Position numbers and translations under genes: made by a program
Shown: positions 7,692 through 16,562 of the stretch, piece by piece
How the letters are laid out: each line of letters begins with the position of its first letter
How positions within the stretch are numbered: the stretch's first letter is position 1
NCBI GenBank assembly: GCA_027053075.1
Contig: JALUEE010000031.1
Location: 1 to 16,862 of the forward strand
DNA: 16,862 nt
Origin: a candidate division WOR-3 bacterium
GTDB lineage: Bacteria > Hydrothermota > Hydrothermia > B15-G9 > WFZT01
Direction of reading: 5' to 3'
The notes under the pieces: generated by a model
Told to the model about the DNA's origin: nothing
Databases searched by the model: none
The model's input: the letters and a program-made list of their open reading frames with translations, nothing else

Positions 7692-10074
7692 TCATTTCCT
7701 CAATTTTTCGCACAGTATCAATGGCATCCCTGCAGTATGCATCAGCACCGATCTCATCAGCAAACTCCTGATTCACTGCAGCGCCACCAATGAAAACCTT
7801 TGCACGGGGATAAATTTTGTTTTTCAGGTCAATCACATCCTTCATCCCGTCCATGGTGGTCGTCATAAGAGCAGAAAGACCAATAAAGTCCGCATTCTCA
7901 CGCTTTACCGTCTCAACTATTGTCGAGGCATCCACATTTTTCCCGAGGTCAATTACATCGTAACCGTAGTTTCTCAGAACGAGAGCCACTATATTTTTCC
8001 CGATATCGTGGAGGTCACCCTTGACTGTTGCCATGACTATCTTCGCCTTCTTTGAAGCTTTCCCATCGAGCTTGAGATAGTTTTCAAGAACCTCTGCTGC
8101 GCCTTCCATAGCCTCAGCAGAAAGAATGAGCTGCGGCAAGAAGTAAATCTTCTTCTCGTAAAGCTCTCCCACCTTTCTCATGGCAGGAATAAGAATCTCA
8201 TTTAAAATCTCAAATGCCCCTTTTCCGGACTCAAGAAGCTTCTTCGTAAGTCTCACTGTTTTCTCCCGCTCCCCCTCGACCACAGCATTAAACAATTCCT
8301 CTTCCGGGCCCCGGGCTTCCTTTTTCTCCTCCACGACCTGCAAATCCACCTGTTTTCCAAACTGTTCAATATAAAACTTCATTCCTGCGTCCCTGCCGGT
8401 CAGGGCATCGGTCGCCTTGATAAGATTCATCATCTCCTGGTCAAGGGGATTAAGAATTGCAGAATCAAGCCCATGCCACACAGCAATGGGCAAGAATGCC
8501 CTGTTTAAAAATTTCCGTGCAGGAAGTCCATAGGAGAGGTTGGAAAGGCCAATTGTGGTCGGGATTCCTCTTTCACTCAGCAATTTGATGGTCTCGAGGG
8601 TCACCCGCAAAGCTTCCTGTGACGTGGACATGGTTAAAACCACCGGGTCTGCAATCAAATCGTTGAGACTATAGCCAAAATTAAGGGCCTTTTCCACAAG
8701 ATTTTCTATAATTTTCACCCTGCCTTCCACTGTATCTGGTATCCCGTCCTTGTCCATTGCGAGGAGCACGAGAGATGCACCAAACCTACGGCCGATGGGC
8801 ATCAAATCTTTGTATGTTTCGCCGTTGACCGAATTTAAAACAGGCTTTCCTGCGTAGAGCTTGAAAGCCTGCTCGATGGCCTCAAGATTGGCATTGTCTA
8901 TAAAAAGTGGAAGCCTGGTGGTATTCTGCAGCACCCGGATGGCACCTGAGTAAAAGGTCGCATCCTTTTCCCCTTTTCTACCAAGATTCACATCCAGGGC
9001 ATGAGCGCCGGCATGCTCCTGCTTTCTTGCATATTCTCTTGCAAGATTTAGTTTTCCTGCCTTTAGCTCCTCGTTGAGTTTCTTTTTCCCGTAGGGATTG
9101 ATGTTCTCACCAATCACCTTAAACGGGAGACCTTTTCCAATAAAAATTGGCCTATTCCTGCTCGTTGCCCTGAAGTAATTTTCAATTTCCTCTCTCCTTC
9201 GTGGAGGACGATTTTTCAGTGCATTCGCAATAAGCCTGATGTGCTCCGGGGTGGTTCCACAGCATCCACCAATGATATTTGTACCAAGTTCATAAAACTC
9301 GAGGGGGTACTGGAGGTACTCATCGGGTCCGAGTGGATAAACAACCCTATCACCGTGCTTTTCGGGGATGCCAGCGTTGGCATAGACAATTATTGGCTTC
9401 TTGGAGTGCTTTTTTATTTTCTTAATAAATTCAACAAATTCGCGGGGATGTCCACCACAGTTAAGTCCAAAGATATCCACATCGAGGGAGGCAAATGTAA
9501 TGGCCGCAATCTCCGGGTCTGAGCCTGTAACGGTCAGGCCTCCCTCCATTGGATAGGAGATGGAAACTGCCACAGGCAGATTTGTATTCTCTTTTGCAGC
9601 AATGGCTCCTATCTTTGCCTCCAGAATGTCAATCTGTGTCTCAATCAGGATCAGGTCAGCTCCACCCCTTTCCAGCGCCTTCGCCTGCTCTTTATAGACC
9701 TCATAAACCTCATCCTCGTCAAGTTCTCCAAGCGGTTTTATGAGCTTGCCAATGGGGCCTATTGAGCCGGCAATGTAAACTCTTCGTGACCCTCTCGCGC
9801 GCTTTGCAACCTCGACCGCAGCAATGTTCAATTCCTCAAGCCTGTCCTCAGCGCCAAACTCACGAAGTTTTATGCGATTGCCGCCAAAGGTATTGGTTTC
9901 AATAATGTCTGCACCAGCGTCAATATAATCTCTGTGAATCTTTTCTACCAATTCTGGATTTTCCACATTTAGGAGCTCGGGGAAGTCAAACTTTCTGCCC
10001 GTTCGTCGTATGAGCTCCGTGCCCATAGCCCCATCTAAAATTAGAACCCGTTTTTTCAGCTCCTCAAGTATCAT
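7678..10074 (-). CDS. metH: Cobalamin-dependent methionine synthase, short form (Hcy, pterin, cap and B12 domains; no reactivation domain)
   Basis: DGAMGTEL, LNCGG and GGCCGTTPEHI (Zn site); VIGENINPYG and LDVN (pterin domain); FLPQLILSAEAM (cap); VKGDLHDIGKNIV (DxHxxG) and GLSALMTTT (B12 domain). The 798-aa protein ends right after the B12 domain. Confidence 0.95.
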   Translation of the reverse strand: MILEELKKRVLILDGAMGTELIRRTGRKFDFPELLNVENPELVEKIHRDYIDAGADIIETNTFGGNRIKLREFGAEDRLEELNIAAVEVAKRARGSRRVYIAGSIGPIGKLIKPLGELDEDEVYEVYKEQAKALERGGADLILIETQIDILEAKIGAIAAKENTNLPVAVSISYPMEGGLTVTGSDPEIAAITFASLDVDIFGLNCGGHPREFVEFIKKIKKHSKKPIIVYANAGIPEKHGDRVVYPLGPDEYLQYPLEFYELGTNIIGGCCGTTPEHIRLIANALKNRPPRRREEIENYFRATSRNRPIFIGKGLPFKVIGENINPYGKKKLNEELKAGKLNLAREYARKQEHAGAHALDVNLGRKGEKDATFYSGAIRVLQNTTRLPLFIDNANLEAIEQAFKLYAGKPVLNSVNGETYKDLMPIGRRFGASLVLLAMDKDGIPDTVEGRVKIIENLVEKALNFGYSLNDLIADPVVLTMSTSQEALRVTLETIKLLSERGIPTTIGLSNLSYGLPARKFLNRAFLPIAVWHGLDSAILNPLDQEMMNLIKATDALTGRDAGMKFYIEQFGKQVDLQVVEEKKEARGPEEELFNAVVEGEREKTVRLTKKLLESGKGAFEILNEILIPAMRKVGELYEKKIYFLPQLILSAEAMEGAAEVLENYLKLDGKASKKAKIVMATVKGDLHDIGKNIVALVLRNYGYDVIDLGKNVDASTIVETVKRENADFIGLSALMTTTMDGMKDVIDLKNKIYPRAKVFIGGAAVNQEFADEIGADAYCRDAIDTVRKIEEMIDEV

Positions 10075-10697
10075 CTTTCAACACCTATCACCGCGGTTAT
10101 TGTTTTTTGCGGATAGAGCAGATTTTTCTCGTTGATTTTTATACCCATTTCGTCAAGTCTTAATTCTTCATAAATTTCCCTCTGAAATTCAAGGCCCAGG
10201 TCCCCATAGCCCGGACTGAATCTCATAGTGAGAAAACTTCTTGCATGCCTCGCCTGTGTATCAAGGAGGCTGTTTAGCGAGTTGGCAACTGCCTCAACTG
10301 CCTCGGAGCCAATGACGTCAAAAATGATTGCCCGCTCCATCCTTCCAGATTCTGTTTCCTCCTTGATTTTTTCGTCAATTCCAGGTCCAATGGTTACCGC
10401 CATAAATATGACTGCGTATGAATCCTTTAGAAGTTTTCTCATTGACTCACCCCTGAGGGTTATTTTCGTGTTATAGAAAGTGATGGAATCGTTCTTTTCT
10501 TTAATCCGTCGAATGATATAAGTTCCTGCAGGCTTAATCAGGTTTTCTGCCTCGTGAAAACATTCTTCAACAAGGGATTTTATACGGGGTGAGATAACGG
10601 TTTTCTTGAACCTGTAACCTAAAAGACCCCAGACCGCCTTCCTGTTTATCTCGAAGTTTTCAATGCGGTGGAGTCTTATGAGCCTGTCATATAGCAT
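10071..10697 (-). CDS. Stand-alone methionine synthase reactivation (AdoMet-binding) domain protein
   Basis: 208 aa with MAVTIGPG, IGSEAVEA, RFSPGYGDL and LLYPQKTITAVIG. 4-nt ATGA overlap with metH. Confidence 0.9.
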   Translation of the reverse strand: MLYDRLIRLHRIENFEINRKAVWGLLGYRFKKTVISPRIKSLVEECFHEAENLIKPAGTYIIRRIKEKNDSITFYNTKITLRGESMRKLLKDSYAVIFMAVTIGPGIDEKIKEETESGRMERAIIFDVIGSEAVEAVANSLNSLLDTQARHARSFLTMRFSPGYGDLGLEFQREIYEELRLDEMGIKINEKNLLYPQKTITAVIGVER

Positions 10698-10704
10698 TCC
10701 ATGG

Positions 10705-12558
10705 CTAATAGAGTAGATAGGAGCGGTAGTCTTTCACACCCTCTGTGCTTGTAAGCTCCCTGTTCCAGTACTGCCAGAGCTGATTTATCAGGCTATATTT
10801 TACTCTCAGAGCAAACTGTTCCTTATTCTTCTCAAACTCCTGTTTTGTAGGCAGTTTCTTATCAAGAAGTTTGATAATGAAAATCCCGGACGTGTATTTA
10901 ATAGGCTCTGATATTTCTCCAGGTTTCATTTCGTAAACCACGCCGTAGAGGGTGTAATTAACTCCAATGGTTTTAATGGGCTGGCCCCATCTGACTTCGC
11001 CTGTCTCCACATATTTAACACCGTAGGGTTTCAAGGAGTCACCGACAGCCTTTAAGGACAGCCCGGATTTTATCATATTTTCAGCCTTCTGGGCGAGCTC
11101 GTTTGCAAGCTCCTCTTTTTTGGCCTTCTTGTATTTGAGCTCTACCTCTCTTTTGGCTTTTTCGAAGGGTGGGAGCTGTCTTGGAATCTTTTCCTTGATT
11201 TTGAATACAACGTAATAGTACGGCTGGTTAAACACAGGAGAAATGGTTCCCTGCTCATGCTTTTTCACAAAGTCGAGGATTTCCGGGGCAATACCCAGCT
11301 TGGGAATAAATCCAAGATTAAGTTTAAATTGGCCTGTTTCCGTAATTTTAAGTCCCATATCCTTTGCAGCTTTCTCAAATCCCTCTTCCTTCGCCTTATC
11401 GAGAAAATCACGGAGTTTCTGATTCAAATCGCTTTTTGTCGTAGAGCTCACGTGAACTCTCACAAGAATGTAGGCAATCTTGAGGCTATCCGGCTGAGCC
11501 CCTTTCTTGTGTCTTTTCTTCTTTTTGGGAACATCTAAGAGTTTAACAATCACCCATCCTCTGGGAGTCAGAGTAGGTTTTGAAAACTCTCCCTTTTTCA
11601 GATTTTTAGCAATAGCGTAAAGGTATCCGTACCTGCGGTCGTTGGGCTTAATCCAGCCAACAATGCCACTGTCCTTGGTTGCCGGGTCTTCACTGTAATA
11701 TTTGGCGATATCTTCAAATTTTTCGCCACCTTTTAGCTCATCATAGGCAGTGTAAATCCTGTCTTTGGCATCTGATGAATCCTGGGAGGAGGGTAATTTT
11801 CTCAAAATAATGAGCTCAAGGTTCGCCTTTTCAGGCTCGTAAAATTCATCCTTGTGTTTTTCGTAAAAGTTTTTCAGGTCTTCGTCAGTGTACTTAACGA
11901 GAGAATCGGGAATGTAATAGATGTTAAAATTTAGAATATTAGCCTTAAAACGCATGTTCTGGCGTTTGTATTCCTCAAAAAGCTCGGTCTCAGATAGAGG
12001 GAGTGAAATAAGAATATCCGATTTTACAATGTCTTTTGGAACTTCTGAGCGTATCCTTGCCTCGTATGCCTCAAAGTACCTGAGGTTACGGGGATTTTTC
12101 AAAGCCTGGATGTAACGCTGATAGTTGAACTTACCGTCCGGAGTGCGAAACGCAGTATCTCGAAGGATTTCAGGTGGTGGTGTGGTTTCAATTATTTTCA
12201 AGACTGTGGGATCAGAGAGAGAAAGATGTCTTTCTTCAATAATTTTCTGCCATCTAATATTCTCAAGAATTTTGTTCCATGCCTCTTTGGCAATCCTGGC
12301 TTCTTCCTCATCGGAGAGGGTTACGCCATTTTTCGCCTTTAGACTATCATTGTAAATCTGCTGATAAACCTGATTGTAGTAGCGAAGTGGAATCTTATGC
12401 TCCCCCACTTCTGCTACAATGCCCTTTTGCCAAGGCTTGGCGTTTCTTTTACCAACAATATTAGCACCGAGATCAAAAATGATCCATCCAATAAATGCAG
12501 CTACAATAAGCCATAAATAAAATTTAGTCGTTTTCCTTAATTTTCTCATTAACATCAT
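10705..12558 (-). CDS. PpiD/SurA-family membrane-anchored periplasmic chaperone with parvulin-like domains
   Basis: Basic N-terminus plus one TM helix (FYLWLIVAAFIGWIIF). SurA-N-like region (VAEVGEHKI...; F-x-T-x-DGKFNYQRY). Parvulin-like FEDIAKYYSED...G.VGW...FSKP...GWVIVK. SD GGAGGA at 12574-12569. Confidence 0.88.
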   Translation of the reverse strand: MMLMRKLRKTTKFYLWLIVAAFIGWIIFDLGANIVGKRNAKPWQKGIVAEVGEHKIPLRYYNQVYQQIYNDSLKAKNGVTLSDEEEARIAKEAWNKILENIRWQKIIEERHLSLSDPTVLKIIETTPPPEILRDTAFRTPDGKFNYQRYIQALKNPRNLRYFEAYEARIRSEVPKDIVKSDILISLPLSETELFEEYKRQNMRFKANILNFNIYYIPDSLVKYTDEDLKNFYEKHKDEFYEPEKANLELIILRKLPSSQDSSDAKDRIYTAYDELKGGEKFEDIAKYYSEDPATKDSGIVGWIKPNDRRYGYLYAIAKNLKKGEFSKPTLTPRGWVIVKLLDVPKKKKRHKKGAQPDSLKIAYILVRVHVSSTTKSDLNQKLRDFLDKAKEEGFEKAAKDMGLKITETGQFKLNLGFIPKLGIAPEILDFVKKHEQGTISPVFNQPYYYVVFKIKEKIPRQLPPFEKAKREVELKYKKAKKEELANELAQKAENMIKSGLSLKAVGDSLKPYGVKYVETGEVRWGQPIKTIGVNYTLYGVVYEMKPGEISEPIKYTSGIFIIKLLDKKLPTKQEFEKNKEQFALRVKYSLINQLWQYWNRELTSTEGVKDYRSYLLY

Positions 12559-12596
12559 GGCGTAATCATCCTCCGTGAATGAAAAATTTGGAGGTT

Positions 12597-12626
12597 AGTA
12601 TATGACAAGACCAAAAACCCTGTCAA
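12597..12626 (-). promoter_or_regulatory. Sigma70-type promoter for the ppiD-like/met operon
   Basis: TTGACA (12626-12621), 18-nt spacer, TATACT (12602-12597), about 40 nt upstream of the start codon. Confidence 0.72.
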
Positions 12627-12653
12627 GGAAAGTAGGGCTCATTTTCACAAATT

Positions 12654-12708
12654 CCCCCTCCTATCCTCCCCCACGCACTTTGTGCGTGGGGGAGGAACAA
12701 GGTGGGGG
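12654..12708. repeat. REP-like palindrome
   Basis: Perfect 15-bp inverted repeat TCCTCCCCCACGCAC (12664-12678), loop TTT, GTGCGTGGGGGAGGA (12682-12696), with imperfect outer arms CCCCCTCC / GGTGGGGG. Confidence 0.75.
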
Positions 12709-12811
12709 CAAATTTTTCATTAAAAATCAAAGGTTTTGAAATTTTTCGAATAGACTCAGGAAAGTAGAGATCATTTATTAAAAATAAAAATTGGTCAGCA
12801 ACAAAAATTTT

Positions 12812-12861
12812 ATAAGTGGGTGGCGGGCAGGGGGTTAACCCCTTGCCCGCCTCTCACTTAT
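12812..12861 (-). terminator. Long hairpin after the M42 peptidase gene, probable terminator of the alaS-M42 transcript
   Basis: 50-bp near-perfect palindrome centred on TTAA (3 mismatched pairs), starting 3 nt after the stop codon. Followed on the minus strand by AAAATTTTTG. Confidence 0.65.
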
Positions 12862-12864
12862 CAA

Positions 12865-13932
12865 TCAGTATGGAATAAAATCTGTGTCTTCAGTTATCTT
12901 CTTGACCGTTGCCGCTATGAGCTTTGCTGCATTCTCAAGGTCTGTCTTGCTCACCACCTCAACAGGCGTATGCATATACCTATTCGGAATAGAAATCAAT
13001 CCTGCGGCCACTCCAGCCCGGGTAAGCTGAATAACATTGGCATCGGTACCGGTTCCACGAGGGATACCCTCGATCTGGAATGGGATACCCTCTTCCTCTG
13101 CAGTTTTAACAAACAGGTCAAAGAGCTTGTGGTTGATATTCGGCCCACGAGCAATCACCGGCCCTCCACCAATTTTTATATCACCAACTTCACCTTTAAC
13201 CATCTTCAGCTTTGGGGTGTCCATTGCAAAAGTTACGTCCACAGCGATTCCCACCTTTGGATCAATTCCAAAAGCACTGGTCTTAGCTCCTCTCAGGCCA
13301 ATCTCTTCCTGAACAGTGGCAACCCCGTAGACAGCAGCCTTGATATCCATTTCAGCAAGAAGTTTTAAGGCCTCTGCAACCACAAAGGCTCCTACTCTGT
13401 CGTCAAATCCGCGTCCAACAATCCTGTCACCAAGAAGCTCATCAAATCCAGGCGCATTAACTATCGGGTCTCCTACACTCACATACTCCTCTGCCTCTTC
13501 CTTACTCTTTGCACCAATGTCTATGTACATGTCGTTGAAATCAACAACCTTCTTTCTGTCTTCGGGCTTGAAAAGATGTATTGGTTTTTTGCCAATAACT
13601 CCAAGTATCTTGCCCTTCTTTCCCTTTATATACACACGCTGACCCTGAGCAATCTGCGGGTCCACTCCACCAATAGGTGCGAAGGATATGAATCCATCTT
13701 CATCTATGTATTTTACAAGGTAACCAATCTCATCAATATGGCCTGCAAGCATCACTCGAGGAGCGCCCGCCTTGTTCACAACAGCAATGGTATTACCGTG
13801 AAGGTCACGTCTCACTTCATCTGCAAAAGTGGATGTGTAATCTCTCCAAACATTTGCAGCTTCTTCTTCAAACCCTGATGGAGACATTGAGTTTACAAGA
13901 CTCTTTAAAAATTCGAGGGACTTCTGGTCCAT
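12865..13932 (-). CDS. M42 family (TET-like) metallo-aminopeptidase
   Basis: Metal-binding and catalytic motifs MLAGHIDEIG, GFDDRVG, VQEEIGLRGA, AVDVT, GTDA and RYMHTP. SD AAGGAGGAG overlaps the alaS stop codon. Confidence 0.95.
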   Translation of the reverse strand: MDQKSLEFLKSLVNSMSPSGFEEEAANVWRDYTSTFADEVRRDLHGNTIAVVNKAGAPRVMLAGHIDEIGYLVKYIDEDGFISFAPIGGVDPQIAQGQRVYIKGKKGKILGVIGKKPIHLFKPEDRKKVVDFNDMYIDIGAKSKEEAEEYVSVGDPIVNAPGFDELLGDRIVGRGFDDRVGAFVVAEALKLLAEMDIKAAVYGVATVQEEIGLRGAKTSAFGIDPKVGIAVDVTFAMDTPKLKMVKGEVGDIKIGGGPVIARGPNINHKLFDLFVKTAEEEGIPFQIEGIPRGTGTDANVIQLTRAGVAAGLISIPNRYMHTPVEVVSKTDLENAAKLIAATVKKITEDTDFIPY

Positions 13933-13944
13933 AACTTCTCCTCC

Positions 13945-16554
13945 TTATAGTTTTGATTTCAACTCTTCAACAAGTGTATCCAGGGCCTCTTTTACCTTTT
14001 CCGGCTTTTTACCGCCACCTTCGGCCTTGAGGTCACTTCCTCCTCCGCCGCCCTGGATTATCGGGGATATTTTCTTAATCAATTCGCGCGCGTTAAGCCT
14101 GCCCTTTAGGTCCTCTCCTATTCTGATAAAGACATGGGCTCTTCCATTTTTGTCAGTGCCAAACAGCACCACGTAGCCCTTGCCCCTGTGCTTCTCATTT
14201 ATCCTGTCAGCGATTCTTTTCAAGACATCAGGTTTCAGATTTCTGAATGGAGCACTGTAGACAACCACGCCGTTCATGGAAATTGGCTTAAGCTTCTTGA
14301 AAAGTTCACTGGCGAGAATATCGTATAGCTGATTGAGTTCCTTCTCTGCCGCATCCTTTTCCTCAAGAAGTTTATTCACCCGTGTAATCACTTTTTGGGG
14401 CTCAGTGTGGAGAGAGGCCGCAAGCTCTTTTATAGTTTCTTCATTTTCTTGAGCGTACTGTACCGCCTTGTGGCCAACGTAAGCCTCGATTCTCCTGATC
14501 CCTGAGGCCACCGATTCTTCTTTTACAATTTTGAAGAATCCAATGTCACCAGTGCGCTCGACATGGGTTCCACCACACAATTCCTTTGAGTAGTCTCCCA
14601 CTGAGACGACACGAACAGTTTCACCATATTTTTCACCAAATAGGGCCATTACACCCTGTTTGATGGCCTCACGATAGGGCATCCATTCCTTTTTAACCTC
14701 GATATTCTCGATGATTTTTGAATTAACAATGCGCTCGATCTCTTTGATTTCCTCGTCCTTTACTGCCTGAAAGTGAACAAAATCGAACCTCAGTCTGTCG
14801 GGCTCAACGAGAGAGCCCTCCTGGCGAGCGTGCTCACCAAGGATTTCGCGAAGCGCCTTGTGCAATAAATGTGTGGCCGTGTGTGCTCTCTGGGCTGCAA
14901 GACGCAGGTCTCTGTCCACTCTCGCACTTACTTCTACAGCCTGCTCGGGAAGCTTTCCGTGTGTGACCCTCCCGATGTGAACAATATCCTTACCGAATTT
15001 CTGGGTATCCTCGACCTTAAAGAGGAATGATTCTCCATCAAATTCACCTGAAATGTAACCCTTATCACCTACCTGACCTCCACTTTCTGCATAGAACGGG
15101 GTTCTATCGAGGACAAGGTAAACTTTTTTGCCATTCACAGCGTATTTGACAAGCCTCGCTGTGGTCTCGAGGGTTTTGTAACCAACGAACTCCGATTCTT
15201 TGTAGTTTTCATCAAGTATTTTCCACTCAGGGAGTTCCATCTTGAAGGTGGATTTTTCACGGGCACGCTCTTTCTGCTTTGCCATTTCACGGTCAAACCC
15301 TTCCCAGTCAATCTTTACCCCATAATCATCGGCATACTCCTCAATAAGGTCCAGTGGAAGACCGTAGGTGTCGTAAAATTTGAAAACCTCCTCGCCCGCG
15401 ATTATCCCGCTATCCCTTGCTGCTTCAAGGGCTTCTCTCAAGCGAGGGAGATTACGAGCAACGTGCTCTATAAACTTTTCCTCTTCCTTTTTGATGATGA
15501 GCTCAACTTCCGCTTTCCTCTCTTTTAGCTCCGGATAGGCATCACCCATGATTTCTACAACCACGGGAGCGAGTCGATAAATAATGGGCTTATCCTCAAA
15601 TCCTATTTTTTGTGCGAATCTGTGGGCACGGCGAAGAATTCGGCGCAAAACATAACCGCGCCCGAAGTTTGATGGGTAAATCCCATCGGTAATGGCAAAA
15701 ACAAGAGCCCTTGTATGGTCAGCAAGAACCCTGAAGGGTGCTCCTTCCTCACCGAAATCGTATTTGACTCCTGTAATTCTCTCAGCTTCCTGAATTATGG
15801 GCATAAAGAGGTCTGTGTGGAAGTTGGAATCCACGCCCTGAAGCACTGCAAGTAGTCTCTCAAGGCCCATTCCTGTGTCAATATTCTTATTTGGCAGAGG
15901 CTCAAGTGTTCCATCGGGCTTTCTGTTGTACTGCATAAAAACAAGGTTCCAGAGCTCAAGGAATCTTTCTCCTTCTTCGGATGGGTCTTTCTGGTTGGGA
16001 TCAAACTCGGGGCCCTGGTCGTAATGAAGCTCAGAGCATGGGCCACAGGGACCGGTGTCACCCATCTCCCAGAAGTTGTCCTTTTTGCCAAGTCTCAGGA
16101 TTCTCTCCTCAGGGATGCCTATCTCGTCTCTCCAGATTGCGTATGCCTCATCGTCATCGAGGTAAACGGTTGCCCACATGCGATTTTTATCCAGTCCATA
16201 AACCTCGGTGAGTAGTTCCCATGCCCATTTTATTGCCTCCCTCTTAAAGTAATCGCCGAACGAGAAGTTCCCGAGCATTTCGAAAAACGTGTGGTGCCTT
16301 CGGGTGAATCCTACATTGTCAAGGTCGTTGTGCTTTCCGCCAGCGCGCATACATTTCTGGACACTTGTAGCCCTCCTGAATGGTGGCTCCTCCTCTCCAA
16401 GGAAGTATGGTTTAAACTGATTCATCCCTGCATTAGTGAAAAGCAGGGTGGGATCATTCCATGGAAGGAGAGGAGATGAGGGAACGACTACATGTCCTCT
16501 CTCCCTGAAAAACTCCAGAAAAGTTTTCCTCACATTATTAGCTGTCCATTTCAT
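13945..16554 (-). CDS. alaS: Alanine--tRNA ligase
   Basis: DPTLLFTNAGMNQFKPYF, RHHTFFEMLGNFSFGDYFK, DTGMGLER, GRGYVLRRILRRA, editing-domain HTATHLLH and ELCGGTH, and C-terminal GGGG (DHHA1). Confidence 0.99.
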   Translation of the reverse strand: MKWTANNVRKTFLEFFRERGHVVVPSSPLLPWNDPTLLFTNAGMNQFKPYFLGEEEPPFRRATSVQKCMRAGGKHNDLDNVGFTRRHHTFFEMLGNFSFGDYFKREAIKWAWELLTEVYGLDKNRMWATVYLDDDEAYAIWRDEIGIPEERILRLGKKDNFWEMGDTGPCGPCSELHYDQGPEFDPNQKDPSEEGERFLELWNLVFMQYNRKPDGTLEPLPNKNIDTGMGLERLLAVLQGVDSNFHTDLFMPIIQEAERITGVKYDFGEEGAPFRVLADHTRALVFAITDGIYPSNFGRGYVLRRILRRAHRFAQKIGFEDKPIIYRLAPVVVEIMGDAYPELKERKAEVELIIKKEEEKFIEHVARNLPRLREALEAARDSGIIAGEEVFKFYDTYGLPLDLIEEYADDYGVKIDWEGFDREMAKQKERAREKSTFKMELPEWKILDENYKESEFVGYKTLETTARLVKYAVNGKKVYLVLDRTPFYAESGGQVGDKGYISGEFDGESFLFKVEDTQKFGKDIVHIGRVTHGKLPEQAVEVSARVDRDLRLAAQRAHTATHLLHKALREILGEHARQEGSLVEPDRLRFDFVHFQAVKDEEIKEIERIVNSKIIENIEVKKEWMPYREAIKQGVMALFGEKYGETVRVVSVGDYSKELCGGTHVERTGDIGFFKIVKEESVASGIRRIEAYVGHKAVQYAQENEETIKELAASLHTEPQKVITRVNKLLEEKDAAEKELNQLYDILASELFKKLKPISMNGVVVYSAPFRNLKPDVLKRIADRINEKHRGKGYVVLFGTDKNGRAHVFIRIGEDLKGRLNARELIKKISPIIQGGGGGSDLKAEGGGKKPEKVKEALDTLVEELKSKL

Positions 16555-16562
16555 AGTGTGAA

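Noticed and set aside
7678..10697. metH as a truncated or frameshifted pseudogene
   Set aside because: The missing reactivation domain is encoded intact by the upstream gene, all catalytic motifs are present, and split MetH is a known arrangement.
6649..16479. Numerous 60-182 aa alternative ORFs overlapping yitJ, metH, the reactivation-domain gene, ppiD-like, M42 and alaS, including two starting MLRGGSTAST
   Set aside because: Antisense or out-of-frame shadows of conserved genes. The shared MLRGGSTAST start merely reflects the 29-nt repeat encoding GGCCGTTPEH on the other strand.
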